A DNA stretch of 63,975 nucleotides, the filler included, from Trypethelium eluteriae (Eukaryota): NCBI GenBank assembly GCA_051942245.1. It is 5 parts of 5 records of this genome, joined end to end, with 100 filler letters (N's around TTAATTAATTAA, not from the genome) between each part and the next. Parts side by side here need not be neighbours in the genome. Positions count along the whole stretch, not along the records: positions 1 to 13,506 come from JAVECL010000733.1; positions 13,607 to 27,081 come from JAVECL010000734.1; 3 more parts are not named here. One strand, 5' to 3'. The position numbers and the translations under genes were made by a program. Positions 11,604 to 24,420 of the stretch are shown here, one piece after another (the first letter of the stretch is position 1; each line of letters opens with the position of its first letter). Below the pieces are notes generated by a model, which did not search any database, had not been told where the DNA came from, and worked only from the letters and a program-made list of their open reading frames with translations.

Positions 11604-12810
11604 ATGGCGGGTGCCGACGACGAGGGAGCTCGACAAAGGCGAGCCTCAACAGAAGAATCTAAGGAACCACCAGTACCAGCTCCGAAACGACTTCCCAAAA
11701 GCATACAGGATAGCCTTGATAATGAAGAGAAACTCTGGGAGGTCATGTATGAGGGGAAGTAAGTCTTACGTTTCCCAGGCCGCCCGAGTCTCCAAGCTCC
11801 AGTACTCTAACGTACATACCAAATCATTTGCCATAATCCGAAAAGATCAGCCCACAGGGTCTCCTCCAATCGATAGAATATATCTTAGACTCAATTATGC
11901 TGATAGAGCTGCGCTATAGGTCTGGAGATTCCACTGACTCTTCTTTGCGATACGCCGCCTACGCTTCAAGATGTCCGTTTACTTATTCTGGCAAAATAGC
12001 CCCTACTTAATTATAGACAGTGCGGACCATTCTCTTGTCGGCTCATCGATACGTTGCATATACATCTGGTACGCGCTCAGGCTGCTCGTAGCCATCCCTC
12101 TTCAATAGACTGAGTTCGTCATCAGACATCGGCGAATCGTTCAGACCAGTAGCACATCCTCGTCTCGTCAGAGGGGCTTACGCAATCTCCTGGTTGTATC
12201 TCGGGGGTGACGTTATGCATGAGGGATACAAAGCATGTGAGTGAACCTGGAAAATTGGTTTTATATATATAGAGACTAACGTCGGTTCTGCTTAGATTTG
12301 CGCAACCAGCGAGTCCTCCATCCTGAATCGCAGCATGATTCACCCGAAATAACATCGTCCGACAAGCACGCCGCTGATCGACCCGCACAGACTTCGTTAG
12401 GGTCAGGCCTCACAGGATCCTCAGTCGGTTCACTCCAACCCCACCGAGTGGTTCCACTTGAAGACTACCGATCTGTCATGGCCCAACGCGCTGTTTTCCA
12501 AAGTCTAGCCTCAATGGGATTGCCAGCTTTTACGATCCATAGCATTGTCCGGTACTCAGGGCGGGCACTGAAAAATAGTGCGAACAAGACATTGAGGACT
12601 TACGGTCCGATCGGTCTAGGGTTGGCAGCAGTCCCATTTCTGCCGTTCGTGTTTGACAAACCAGTCGAAGAAGCAGTGGAATGGACCTTCTACACGGCCT
12701 TCAAGGCTATAGGGGGGCCAGGTGCCGTGGGTGAGAGGCCTGTTTTCGGAAGGAAAGACTTGAGGCACCAAGAAGCAAGAGAGGGAGCAGAAAAGGAAAA
12801 AGAACTGTAG
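11604..12810 (+). CDS. MTFP1: Mitochondrial fission process protein 1 (MTP18/MTFP1 family), 5 exons
   Basis: Spliced DSTDSSLRYAAYASRLRTILLSAHRYVAYTSDIGESFRPVAHP, AYAISWLYLGGDV, QRAVFQSLASMGLPAFTIHSIV, GLGLAAVPFLPFVFDKPVEEAVE. Confidence 0.9.
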
Positions 12811-13422
12811 AGAAAAATTGGAAAGAAATTCGTGCCACACAACGCCTCTCACCGAAGTTATACACGACGGAAATTCCTGACTTTATTTCGAAAGAGGCTC
12901 GGTTGGCTTCAGGGCTCTCTCTGCCGCCGTTTTGGACGAAGCCAAGACTTTCACTTCCTCCCTCCTTCGATATCTGTACATACCCGAGATAAATACTCAG
13001 AGTCTTCAATAAACACGACAGTCCAGCAAACCCAAACGGTCTGGTGCCGGTAATTTTCACTTACGTCGAGCACTAGCCCAAGCGAGTATTCTATCTAGAT
13101 GTGGCATTACTATACCGTGATCGCCTCGACTCAGATCGACAAGCATTCTTGGCATTCTCGGACGTGACGAATATTATCTAATCCCAACCGGACTTATCGG
13201 TACCTCATTACTAATTCGACTCCGTCAGATTTTCCCTAAAGGCAGGGCGATCTCGCCTCAGCTCAAAAGTCAATTACCCAGCATATCCCTCCCAGAATCT
13301 CTACGGCACGCCCCTGCCCCTAGTCAGCCCTACAAACCTCGCCTCACCGCCACACCCGAGCCAAACCAGCACCATCCCTACCAAACCTTGCCTTACCTCA
13401 CCACTTACCTTACCGCCTCGCC

Positions 13423-13506
13423 ATGCCAACCCCACACACCATCCTCGTCCTCGGCACCGGCGAACTCGGTCACTCCATCCTCCACGCCCTAGCGTCCCAC
13501 CCCTCC
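13423..13506 (+). CDS. N-terminal fragment of an NmrA/isoflavone-reductase-like NAD(P)-binding protein, truncated by contig end
   Basis: MPTPHTILVLGTGELGHSILHALASHP is a Rossmann beta1-GxGxxG start. Confidence 0.6.
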
Positions 13507-13606
13507 NNNNNNNNNNNNNNNNNNNNNNNNNNNNNNNNNNNNNNNNNNNNTTAATTAATTAANNNNNNNNNNNNNNNNNNNNNNNNNNNNNNNNNNNNNN
13601 NNNNNN
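13507..13606. other. Artificial contig-joining spacer
   Basis: 44 N + TTAATTAATTAA (stops in all six frames) + 44 N. Confidence 0.99.
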
Positions 13607-15144
13607 GGGTGTAGGTCACGAACTTCAGGGCGTCGGGCTCGGGGGCGGAGGAGGAGCATGGGTCGTGGGATTTGAGGTGGTCGATGGCGTCGGTAGAGGA
13701 GGATCGCGATGATTCTCCGGTTTGGTGGACAGGCTGTGAGGTGTGGAGGGGAGTGTAGCCGCTGGTGGAGTGCCAGAGCGATGCGATATGGTCGCGTAGT
13801 GTACCCTTGCGGATATCTTCGTTGGCTCGGCGGATGAAGCCTGGTCCATACTGAATCAGAGGGCGAGCAACCAGCCAGCCGAGACTGATTAGGGAATCCG
13901 CAAGCATGATGGCCAGACTTATCCAGACGATCCAGCCTTTACTACCGGTTGTCCAGTCTTTCACGGGTCCAGGAGCCCAGCCCTTGGCTTTTGCTAAAGG
14001 GGAAAGAATTCCCCAACCTACTACCGCACCCAGCAGCATATGAAACGTTGTAGCAGGGCCCATAATGATGCCCTGGCCGACGTAAGCGGGAGATGGATTG
14101 AGGGTCCATAGCCAGGTGCGACCAAGTTCTAGACCTAAAATTGGGATGTTTCGAACGTATGGGACGAAATAGGTACATAGTGTCTGTAAAGAAATAAATC
14201 AATTCTGATCCCTTGGAAATTCAAGGTGAAATGCTGCCTACATAGAAAGACGATATCACGAATGATATCACTAGTAATCGTATATTTGCTCTCCAGTCAC
14301 TATGTCTCTCTAGATCATATCCAAGGTCGTCTCCTGCCTCTGTTTCATTGGAAGTTTGAACTGGAGGTTCGACCTGGGATGAACCAGCCGCAGGGTGCGT
14401 TGTAACAAGTCTCTGTTGCTCTTCAGATCTTCGACGTATATCATCGGAGCTTTCTTCCTGCTTCAGAAGGCCGATCTTCTCTTGGTCACCATGCAAGACT
14501 CCGATCATCAGAGCAGTTGCCGTACCACTTGGGAATTTGAGTTTCTCCCGGATGATGACTTCGCGCCGCAATGGGACCGCAAAGACCACACCGAAGAAGC
14601 ATATCCCCACAGCCCATATTATAAGCTTCCCAAGTCCGATGTTCAAAGGTCCATTTTCCTCAGGCTTGAGCAGGAAGTTGAGCGCTGGAACTACGCCAAC
14701 GAAGCCACAGCCAAGTGGCATCGTGCCCACAGACCCAGCAACGGTTTGGACGAGCACATTTTCTACGGGTGTGAAAGGATAGGCAATAACGCGAGAGACT
14801 GATTTGAAGAAGGCAAATCCAATCAAGGCGGCGGGCATTGCCATACCACTAACCCATCCGGTCTGCAGACCAAAATACATATTTGAGAAGCAGATGACAA
14901 GGCCAATGGCCAGGCCCACAGCGATACCTCGAATGGTGAAGTTCTGCGGCTCATTTGCACGTTCAGATAGATATGCCTCCGCATCTTGTCGAGTATGGTG
15001 CTCTTCCGAGTCGCGCTTTGTGCCTCCTTGGTTCCCTCCCGGCAGATCAGTGTATGCATCCTGCTCTTCATTGTTCCTTTCGTCCTCGAAGCTCATTCCG
15101 GAAGAGTACGCTTGAGCAGCATCGTTTCCTCTGTCGGGCGCCAT
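13607..15144 (-). CDS. OPT/YSL oligopeptide transporter (yeast YGL114W-like), 3'-truncated
   Basis: NFTIRGIAVGLAIG, SNMYFGLQTGWVS, FTPVENVLVQT, IREKLKFPSGTATA. After one intron: WLWTLNPSPAYVGQGIIMGP and GWAPGPVKDWTTGSKGWIVW. Confidence 0.92.
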
Positions 15145-15852
15145 AGTGGCGAGAGGAATAGAGAACCGCAGAGCAGGTTTGCTGTCCCCATGATTGCGGA
15201 GCGTCATCGGACTCTAGCGGACACGCGATAGGAGAGGAAATCACGTCACCATCCCGGCATGCCCAGACGACGATTGGTAGAACAGTCTGAGAATCGGTCA
15301 AGAGAATGGGCGGACATCGTGAGACGAGGGCAGAAGAATTTATCGTGAATTGTCTGCCTTTGGGGGCGGTCGTGGGGGGTTCGACGGCTCTCATGGGCAC
15401 GGCGGAAGCCAACAGCTCCGTGTTGTTCAGCCAGAGAAGGTTGAAACCATCCCACGCCTCCCTTTCTTTACTCGACCATACGGATGAACCCACTCATTCC
15501 CTATTAGACAAGCTTTTGTGAAGCGACTCAACCACATCGCCACGGATATGCTTTTTTCCAATCTATGTACACAGGTAGGAGACGCTAATTGAGCAGGTTT
15601 TGAAGTAGTTAGAGCCATGAGCCAGACGAATTATCTCCACACTCCTCTCTCAGATACGGAGCTGTGGCTGAAACAAGCATCTCAAATGAACTCAATCATT
15701 TCCGCGACTCCACCTCAGGAAATCATAGCCTAGGATACGAAAGACGCTGAAGACTGCTGTCTTGTATGGGCCGTAGGCAAAGGGTCTATCAACGTCGTCG
15801 CACAGACACATTGTAAAACGTCGGGAGCGTACCAGGCATCCAAATTCGCTTC

Positions 15853-16915
15853 TCATTTTCCAGGTCCCCCAATCTCCACAGGTGGGCTTTTTGCTCTCCC
15901 ATCCAATTCAAGAATCGTAACTGAGCGTTCAGTGCTGCCAGAGGTACATAGCTGTAGCCTATCGAACTTAGGGTTTTCAGACATTTCACTGAGTTCCCCC
16001 CTCCGCCTGGACGCATCTAACTCTGGCAGGAGGGCCGGATTTTGTTCTTCGATTGATATCTCTTTTTGTTGTCTCAAGCGCTTGCGCCACATCCAGAAGA
16101 AGCCAACTAGCCCCCCCACAATCAGAATTGTACCAATCAACACGCCCATCACTATTGCTATGATTACAGAAGTGTCATGGGAACGAGGCGCTACATTGGA
16201 GACAACTGAAGCGACTGGAGTGCTCATGATAGGCGATGGCGTTGAGCTTGAGCCCTCTACAGAGCTTATGGATAGCGGTTGGCTTAAGGCTGAGGTTGAC
16301 GTTGAGCGCATTGGAGAATTCGACGGAGACTTCGGAGTCGGGCTCGTAATTGATGGCCTGGCATCTGTAACTACTCCGCTCTCGATCCAAAGCCCTTGCC
16401 CTTGGTTGCAACAGTCCTGAGCTCCTGAATTCTGTCCGCAACACCAGCTACCATCGGGACATTGAGTGAGCATCTCATCATTGGCACTCATCGACTGGTC
16501 TTGATCATCTACAGTTTGAGTTGTCACCAGTCAACATTTTGGAAGCGCTTCCACAGGGACGCGAAAAGAGCTGTTTACCTGTGCCTTGTGTGCATAGCTG
16601 TAGGCAGTACGGGCTTCCCCATGTTGCATCGGCTGATCACGACCACGTCAGCCGCAATCACTGAGCCGAATGAGTCGATTACATACTGCAACTCTCACGC
16701 CAGACGACAGAGTTCGTCGCCTGACAGAGGCCATCGTTGCGACAAAGGTCCCATTGGGCACAGCACATGCTCACTTCTCCAGAATTGCATGGAAAGTAAT
16801 CTGGGCTGGGTAAGCCTGCATTCCGGTCTGTTCCATTTGGCCAGTAGCAATTTGCCTGGACGTCGGTAGCGAGGAAATGGGCGACCAAAACCAAGCATGA
16901 GGCGGAATTCCTCAT
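15853..16915 (-). CDS. Cys-rich single-pass (type I) cell-surface protein with Ser/Thr stalk (Mid2-like architecture), 3 exons
   Basis: Signal peptide, then CYWPNG...SMCC...C...GLC...WRESC|TDATWGSPYCLQLC...|TQCPDGSWCCG...DCC, an S/T/P stalk, TM VIIAIVMGVLIGTILIVGGLVGFFW followed by RKR, and a cytosolic tail with ELD motifs. Confidence 0.85.
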
Positions 16916-18174
16916 AGTAGACAAGTAGATTAGTCAAGAACTCGAGAATATGAGGCACAAGAAAAATTCTGGTGGAAGATTTCCATTGCTCAGCCCACAG
17001 TATCTGGGGAGCGTGCGGGAATTGTACGTGATATACATATTGCCTGTCGATTCGGTCGGCCAGCATCTACAAAGGTAGAAAAGTAGGCATTTAATGCCGT
17101 CCAAGATAGCGGGTTTGAGGATTGGATATAAGCGAGCCTCTGAACCCGGGTGCTCGGGCCTAGATGAGTAAACGACCACCTCAGCCCTGTCGTAGGGTTC
17201 TCGTAGGTTTCTTCCGCTCGGGAAGTGCAATATATCCCACGTCGGTTCCTGTTTACTGGCAGCGACATGTCAAGATAACGACACCGCCGGACACGCCGTT
17301 ATGACTCGCCTACGCATCGTGATAATGCCCTCGTGTTCGTTCCACGGGAGTTGCCTATTATCTCCTCCACCAACCTCAGGCTTCTTGACCCTGACTCGAA
17401 AACTCTGATATAAAAATGCCGAGAACTACAATGCATTTTCGATGCAATGGCGACGCCGTTCAGCACAGGAAGCGCCGCTTACTTCGGTGATCGCCTTCGA
17501 TGTGTTATATCATCCTTCTTACCCCATTACTCGAGGAACGTGCATGCTCCGCGGCTACGCAGCTTCCGTTTATCATTCCAGTGAATGGTGGATTGAGGAA
17601 CATGCTTCTTGGAGACTGTGATATCACCCACGTTGTGCAAGATGAGGATGAGGGGTTCCCCTAAGTTTTTGGTGTGAGATCTGTCCCAGCGCGCTCTCGC
17701 CCTCTCCCATGATCTGATGATTTCTGTACAAATTGGCCGGAGGACGTCATATATCTCCCTGGCACTATCTGGAACTCAAACTCCCTCCGTTCTAGACTCA
17801 TGACCGAATCTAAGCTTGCGGTGCTCCATGTGTAATGATCTACAGACGTCTATGACCAGGTTTCCAAAGCGTGCACTGAAACCTTCGTCTTCTGAGTGAG
17901 ATAGGACATGTTGTGGAAGTTGGAGATGTTCCACTCGCATGTATTGACGACGGCAAGGGTCTTTTCACTTTTTCGCTGATGGGAAGTGAATCCCTCTGGA
18001 CCATGTAACAGATGTGTTGAAGCTCTGTCCTCCCAACCCTCTGGCCCACACTTCCTGCTTCTTCACTTTTGGTCTCTCCGCACCTCACTCTTCGTTTTCA
18101 TTGCCCTTTACTTATGAGCCATTGATTCTTGTCTCTCATACCTTGTGACCTCTCTTTTACGGTGCCTGTTGAAG

Positions 18175-20379
18175 ATGGCTCCGATTAATAGTCGATCACC
18201 AATCGTCAAGCTGGAAGGAAAGTACCTCGTGGAGTTTAACTATATTGTCGAGTGCCTTGCGAAGAATGACCAGACGCTAGAAGACCTGTTTGCGGAGCCG
18301 CAGTCACAAGGACAGCTATCCTTGTGGAAGCGATCAACGATCGATAACTCTATTTCCAAGCGCCATGTCCTGGGCATGCTCAAGGATGGCAGCATCGAGG
18401 AGTTCGCTAATAGAGTCGTTGAACTGTGTCAGAAGAGAGATGTTAGCGAAAGCTCGTCAATTGAAGCGGAATGGGCAAGGTGTGTTCGTGGCCTTTCAAT
18501 CATCGTCATACCACGCCGAGCAGCGCTCAGGCCTCAATTCTATCACGGTCGTTTCGCAGTACTCTTGTACGTCTTTCAAGACTTGGTGTCGCACCCCGCA
18601 GATAGTAGGTTCGTCTACCATATACAGACTGGAGCGGGTGCCAAGCAAGGCAGGAAGAGGATCATCTCAAAAGAGAACTCCCAGCCCAAGAGAATGAAGC
18701 CATCAGGAGGAGGTGAACTGGCGATTCAGACTGCGGGCCTATGCTCTGGGTCATCAAAGTCATCTTCTGCTGGAGGAGTCACTGTTGGCATCTTGAGCTC
18801 ACCAGGTGACAGGCGAGGCGGAAAAGAGCGATCTGGTATGTTGATACCGCTCGCTTGCTATAATCCAATTAACACGTTGACAGGTGCCAAAAGCATTGCA
18901 CAATTCAATCTGTTGAATACCCAGTTGCAGAACCTTGCCCAGAGGAATTTTACTCTGTCTGAAAATACTCACTCCGCTATACAAACTCGATTGTCAGACC
19001 TTGTTTCACTTCACCACCAAACCAAGCTGGAATCCGGCAAATGCCAGACACAGTTGAACGATATGAACGTCAAGGTGGCCGGTCAATGCGCCAAGATGGA
19101 AGAGCTTTCAGATGCGAACGCCAAACTTGCACAAAACTATCGAGCAATGTCCGAGGAACTAGCACGTACTGTTGAAGAAAAGAATGCATCCGAGCAAGAC
19201 TTGCATAGTAGCACGGCCAAATTGAAGGAGCTTCAGCAGGCTCAGGGTGTACTCAGCCTTGAGTCTGAGGCAAAGACTGCAGAGCTTGAACAGGCCCTGC
19301 GAGAGTTAGACCACGAGGAGTACTGTAGGACTTGGAGTGTCCCTGACAGAATTTCGAGATTGGTCACTAGTAAGGAACAGCTTTCCGATTTGCTCAACGA
19401 AGCCAGGATAGCTGTAGGAGCATCTGAGAATGAGATAGTCGAGCTCAGAGAGAATGCGAGGGATAGCACGGAGACCACAAAACAGCAGCAGCTCAAGATA
19501 TCTGAACTTGAAACTATACTAGAGGCCAAAGATAAGGAGATTGAGCATCTTGAAGAGCGCGAGCGCAAAGCAGTCGTGGCTATCACGAGTCTAGAGAGCA
19601 AGTCTACGGAGGACAAGCAACGCTGTTCGAGGATTGAGACTGAGCTACAAGATGCCAAGAAGGAACGTGAGACAGAGGCGAAGAAATGTGCTGCGTCCTC
19701 CGCGGACCTTGAGAGCATAAGCCGGCAATCCGAAAACGAAAAAGCTGCGTGGAATCGTCTCCTAAAAGCTGAATCTAGGATCGCCCGGCTACTCACCGAT
19801 AAATATGAACTCATGGAGGAGAACAATAGGATTCAGTTGGACATGGATCAGTCCGGAGGAACCAACGTACTTGCTGAGAAGATCAAGATTCTGGAGTCAG
19901 AGAAAGCTGAACTCGAAAAGGAGCGTCGTGACCTTAAAGCCATTAACAAACAGTATGAAGCAGAAGGCAAGATACGAAGAAAAAATGGCCAAGGAGCAAG
20001 CATGAGCAATGTTAGCGAAGGTGAACTCACAGAACTTCAAGAGAAGAAGCTCGACCTTGCTGGAGCGCGTGCTGCTCTTTACCGCTCAGTGTCGCTAGGT
20101 GCACAAGTCTTGTCTCGTCACAAAGTGCTGGTCGCTCAATCTATGGCTATGGCCTCCGACCCGAAGGTGAAGGGGATGCACTTGGAGAAGGCCGAAGAAT
20201 TGATGAGGGAAGCTGAGGGAGTCCGAGATCTGATGTATGACTTTGGCCTACTTCGAAGGGACTCAGCTAGGAAGCAGGAGGAAGCAGGACGAGCGAAGGC
20301 CGATTCCAGCAGTGCTCGAAATGGAAAGTGCGCTGTCGAAGAAGACGCGGAAGATGATGACGAAGAGGATTGGGATTAG
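18175..20379 (+). CDS. Uncharacterised long coiled-coil protein (possible 48-nt in-frame intron ~18836-18883)
   Basis: 734-codon open frame from the ATG at 18175. Globular N-terminal ~150 aa, NLS-like GRKRIISKENSQPKRMK, ~400 aa of E/K/L/Q heptad-like sequence, and an acidic end EEDAEDDDEEDWD. Confidence 0.75.
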   Translation: MAPINSRSPIVKLEGKYLVEFNYIVECLAKNDQTLEDLFAEPQSQGQLSLWKRSTIDNSISKRHVLGMLKDGSIEEFANRVVELCQKRDVSESSSIEAEWARCVRGLSIIVIPRRAALRPQFYHGRFAVLLYVFQDLVSHPADSRFVYHIQTGAGAKQGRKRIISKENSQPKRMKPSGGGELAIQTAGLCSGSSKSSSAGGVTVGILSSPGDRRGGKERSGMLIPLACYNPINTLTGAKSIAQFNLLNTQLQNLAQRNFTLSENTHSAIQTRLSDLVSLHHQTKLESGKCQTQLNDMNVKVAGQCAKMEELSDANAKLAQNYRAMSEELARTVEEKNASEQDLHSSTAKLKELQQAQGVLSLESEAKTAELEQALRELDHEEYCRTWSVPDRISRLVTSKEQLSDLLNEARIAVGASENEIVELRENARDSTETTKQQQLKISELETILEAKDKEIEHLEERERKAVVAITSLESKSTEDKQRCSRIETELQDAKKERETEAKKCAASSADLESISRQSENEKAAWNRLLKAESRIARLLTDKYELMEENNRIQLDMDQSGGTNVLAEKIKILESEKAELEKERRDLKAINKQYEAEGKIRRKNGQGASMSNVSEGELTELQEKKLDLAGARAALYRSVSLGAQVLSRHKVLVAQSMAMASDPKVKGMHLEKAEELMREAEGVRDLMYDFGLLRRDSARKQEEAGRAKADSSSARNGKCAVEEDAEDDDEEDWD

Positions 20380-23300
20380 CGATAGATCTGGACCGCCCCT
20401 CGCGCACTCGCCGACTTGTTCCGCTCGACTCGTGCACAATCCGAGCTAGAGCCATACGACGGCGACTCACCAAGTGGCCGGAAAAGCATTGAAAATATCG
20501 AGGGATCTTCGTGCATAGTGGGAGAGCTAGGAGCCTTGGTACGATGCTGCCTCCTCTGTGTCCTTATTACTCAGGCTTCGAAGTGTCATTCAGAGAGTTA
20601 TACGACGTGGATCTGGCATCTTGACGGCGATATGACTTAGATCTAGACTTATCAGTACCCGGACATATGATGATAGCTAGCGAGACTCGTGGAGGGTTGA
20701 CACGAGTTGTCTTTCTCCATGAGCCGCGGAAAAGGGCTTCGATACCTTATTTACAATCTACGAAGAAACTATACGTCAGTAGATCTCCTAAGTGTAATGT
20801 TACCTTTTGCGTGAATAGACAAATTCGTTCTTCCAGAGGGACTTCTATGGATCGAAATGCCAACCGAAGCCCTCTTGTCGAGCCCGCCTTTGCCCGAAGC
20901 GATCCTACTGCGTTCTGATGCTTCATGTAGCAACATGACCACAGTAGTAGATGTTCTTTTCGCTTATGCTTTTGCCATGTACAATTATTACGACTGGCTG
21001 GGAGATGGAAAGAGCTTCCCTCGTATGTTTTCATGGCCTTGGGTGTGTCGACAGGGTGATGCGAATTGGCGTCAGAATTCCGCAATCTCTCAAGCTCAAT
21101 TTACTCACTTTGCTGTGTTGTGGTCAAATTTTCCGCACCATTTGAGGTCCGATTATCGGTTTGCCGTCGCTGCTGGGCCTGGAAGCCAAGAGTTTCGCAA
21201 TTCACCTTTGCCGACGGCTTGCTTAACCTGCCCTTCACATGATCCAGAACGAGCATATCATGAGTAAAAGGCTGGTAGGCGACTTCGTACTCGGCGATAC
21301 TACCTTAAGCCTGGCAAGCCCAATTTTTGGCTCGTTTACGGAGTGACATTTCCTTGAATAGGTACGAAGACCGTAGACGGAAAAATAGTAAAGATTTTTC
21401 AATTGATTCAAGCACATAGCGTACCAAGCGCTCAAGAACCCAACTATGGTGAAATATACTTTTTGCAGGACAGCCGTAGGACATACTTCCTGCAATGGAA
21501 ATGCCAAGAGGAACTGTTCAAGGCATATCGCGACCTTGACGTGCTTTACGATCTATCCGTTCCCACGGTGAGACATGTTTGATTAATCTGAATCTTGTTC
21601 AATAATAGTCTCTCGTATGACCGGGCTGTTCCAGAACTTCTTCGAGCATCACGAGGGAACAGACGAGGCGCTCAGTGTATCTTGGTTACCGAGGCGTCTA
21701 GAGCGCCTGAGCTGAGAGGTTCCTGGAATTCCGTGCCCCTGGAAGCCCCATAATTATCAAGCGGGCCGAACCTCCTCTCCCCCCCTGACTAGCTTTAATC
21801 GGCATAGAGCTGATGATGTTGATCCGGCAAAACTCAGCACCGCTCAGGTTAACAATCATGGCATGGCAAATACCGTAATCGACCAATCGAACCGAAACTC
21901 AGTGAGCAGCTTCATGACGATATGCCAGAGACAGTCATATACTCCGAGATGAAGCCGCTTACGAGTACGCCGGAGGAACGTCACCGTGAGGTAGTAACAC
22001 CGTCACTAAGGCGGTTTGGAGACCCCGCCCGCGGCACATCACTGAAAGCAGGAAATGTGCCAGAATGACGAACGACTGATGTATCGAGGGACGTGAACAT
22101 TGAGAAACTTTGGTGCGGAATTGGGAAATGCAGCACTACCATTGGCAGAGACGCAGGACACGAATAGCTGAAAGAAACTGAAGTCTTTTAGACCGCAGTG
22201 ATTTTATCTCTTGATTGGATCTAGTAGCACATGTTTAGATCAACAATCCCTCAGAATGGGTTCACAGAAAACATAGCAGATCAAGGCCTCTGAAAGCCGT
22301 AAATAACTGTCATTATTTTGCCTTCAAGGTCCAGAGACTACTACACAGACTGGCGCAATTGCCCATCCCGCGGAGTTATGAGAGGCGACACCGGCGACAT
22401 GTCCATTGGTAAGGATATCGGCGGACATTATTAAGTGCGCAAGCTCACTGGCCATCCTCTAGTGCTGGTTGCAACCAACGACTGGTTACTCAGTATGGGT
22501 GGGTTCGTCAGCGAGAGAATAAATTCCTCATCAAAGGAATCCACCAACACAGCTCGAAACAATGCCCAAATTGAAGTACACTGCAGCATCCTTCAGATGC
22601 AGTACTGACCTCGAGTACATCAAGCTGTACCTTTGGAACGCTGGGTTGTGAATGCAAGATTTTACTAACAAGTGCGACTTGGTAGGACTGATTATCACTG
22701 TAGAAGTGGTGCCATCTGCTCGCCTAGGCCGTAAGGCCGCTCCATCCATGCCAGTGACGTCTTGGCTGCAGACTTTGGACACAACGTTGAAAATTCTCCG
22801 AATCGCACCCCTGCGGCTGATGGATACTTCCTTGTTCGCAGCACAAGATCACACTGCACAAGGACGGGACGAGTCTTGCACCGCTTGAATTCCACCGTTC
22901 AGCTGTCGGCACGGAGTAGAGATCTGTTGATCGGTGAAAGATGCTATTATCACCCTATGACGGCAGACAGCGGTTCCACTCGGTCAGCAAGGCAGCGGCA
23001 CTAGACTTCCCTTTGCAGCTCTTCTCCGCCTTTCTCTTCGTATCCCTTTATTGTTCTAAAGCTTAATCCCTACGAATAAGCGTCAATCGACCAAGCGCAA
23101 GTCGCGATCAGCCCTCTCCGGCATGTATCCGCCATTTGCGACCAATTGACGGCATTCGCCAAGCTGTCAGCAAGCATCCTAACTTTAACGTGGTCTGCTA
23201 TAGCAAATCAGCTTACTTTTTTAATCTGCATAAATCTGGCAATTCTTTCAATAGCGATTTCGTAATTCTTTCACAAGGTTATACTGAGTAGTGCTATTGA

Positions 23301-24396
23301 TCCTTGGCATCCTTGCCCTAACGCCTCATCGACCCAGCTTTGGGATCCTAGCAAGAGAGCATGCCTGCTTTTCTGGTTGGTGTGGTTGCCGAGCACGTTT
23401 CCCGCCCCCCATAACGGCTCCAAGATCATGGAAGGCAATGCGGGCGAGCGCCAACTCAACGCTCCACTCTCAGAGGACTGCAAAGAGTAGCCAAGGCATC
23501 CGGATATCCCAGAAGATTCAGGCTTCCTTCCAGAATCTGGGGACACCGGCAGTTCCCATTCAGCTCAGCCGGCGCTGCCCGCCATTTTCTTTTGAATTTT
23601 CTTCGAACCTGATGGTCGGTATTTTGGCTGACTAAGGAGAGGCGGGTGGCTTGGTGAGCTTGTCGCACGATGATGTACTTGGTCCCGAGCAAAGCGCGTT
23701 TCCCTTCCATCGCAAGTCTACACGAGAGACGGCGCTCCCTGAGAAACGAGCGTAAAGATGGCGGCAAGTGGTCGAACTCACTGAATTGTTGCAGTGGCTA
23801 GTATTGCGCTATCGGGATTCGCGCAACCTAACTCACGAAAACGAGCTTGATCTGCCTGCGTCAGCCTTAGTCCCAATGAGCGTGAGGCAGCTTTCATGCG
23901 ACAAAGTTTCTGTGTGGAGACACGACTCATCTCCACGGGAGATCGGAGGTGCAATTTCCACAACTCTGCCCACCCTGATCCTAGCCTAGTCTCTATTGAT
24001 CGCCTTTTGCACCTTTTGCAAGTTTTGCGCTCTCTTCCCCGCCAGTATCGCTATTTTTGGGCCTCCCCACCACTCAATCGCTTCTTCAATCCTTGGCGCC
24101 CATCCGATGCGATCCCATGGTGCCATGATGCTGGAGAGATGGCTCGTACCCGCCCAGTGGCCACACCCATCCGACCGAGGGCAATGTTTGCAACTGTCGC
24201 GGTGGTCTCCGTACAGAGGCGCATTGCTTTTGCGTGGTCTGATGGTGAGCAAAAGCCGCGCGCAGGCGGAAATGAATAGGATTGAAGGACAGAGTGCAGC
24301 ATGCATGTAAGCGCACAACGACCACAGGCGGTGGCGGCTTTCACCGTCGAACGAGATGTGTCCGTCGACTCTCGCCTCCGAATTCTCTCTCTTGCG

Positions 24397-24420
24397 CTCT
24401 CTCTCTCTCTCTCTCTCTCT
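24397..24420. repeat. (CT)12 microsatellite
   Basis: Direct reading. It lies ~730 bp upstream of the cell-wall gene ATG. Confidence 0.95.

Noticed and set aside
13551..13562. TTAATTAATTAA motif recurring four times at ~13.5-kb spacing, as a possible biological repeat
   Set aside because: It is always centred in 44+44 N and gives stops in six frames, so it is an assembly spacer.
13607..13630. OPT reading frame ends in LKFVTYT, which looks unlike the expected continuation
   Set aside because: Only ~20 nt at a contig end. It may be chimeric but cannot be judged without reads.
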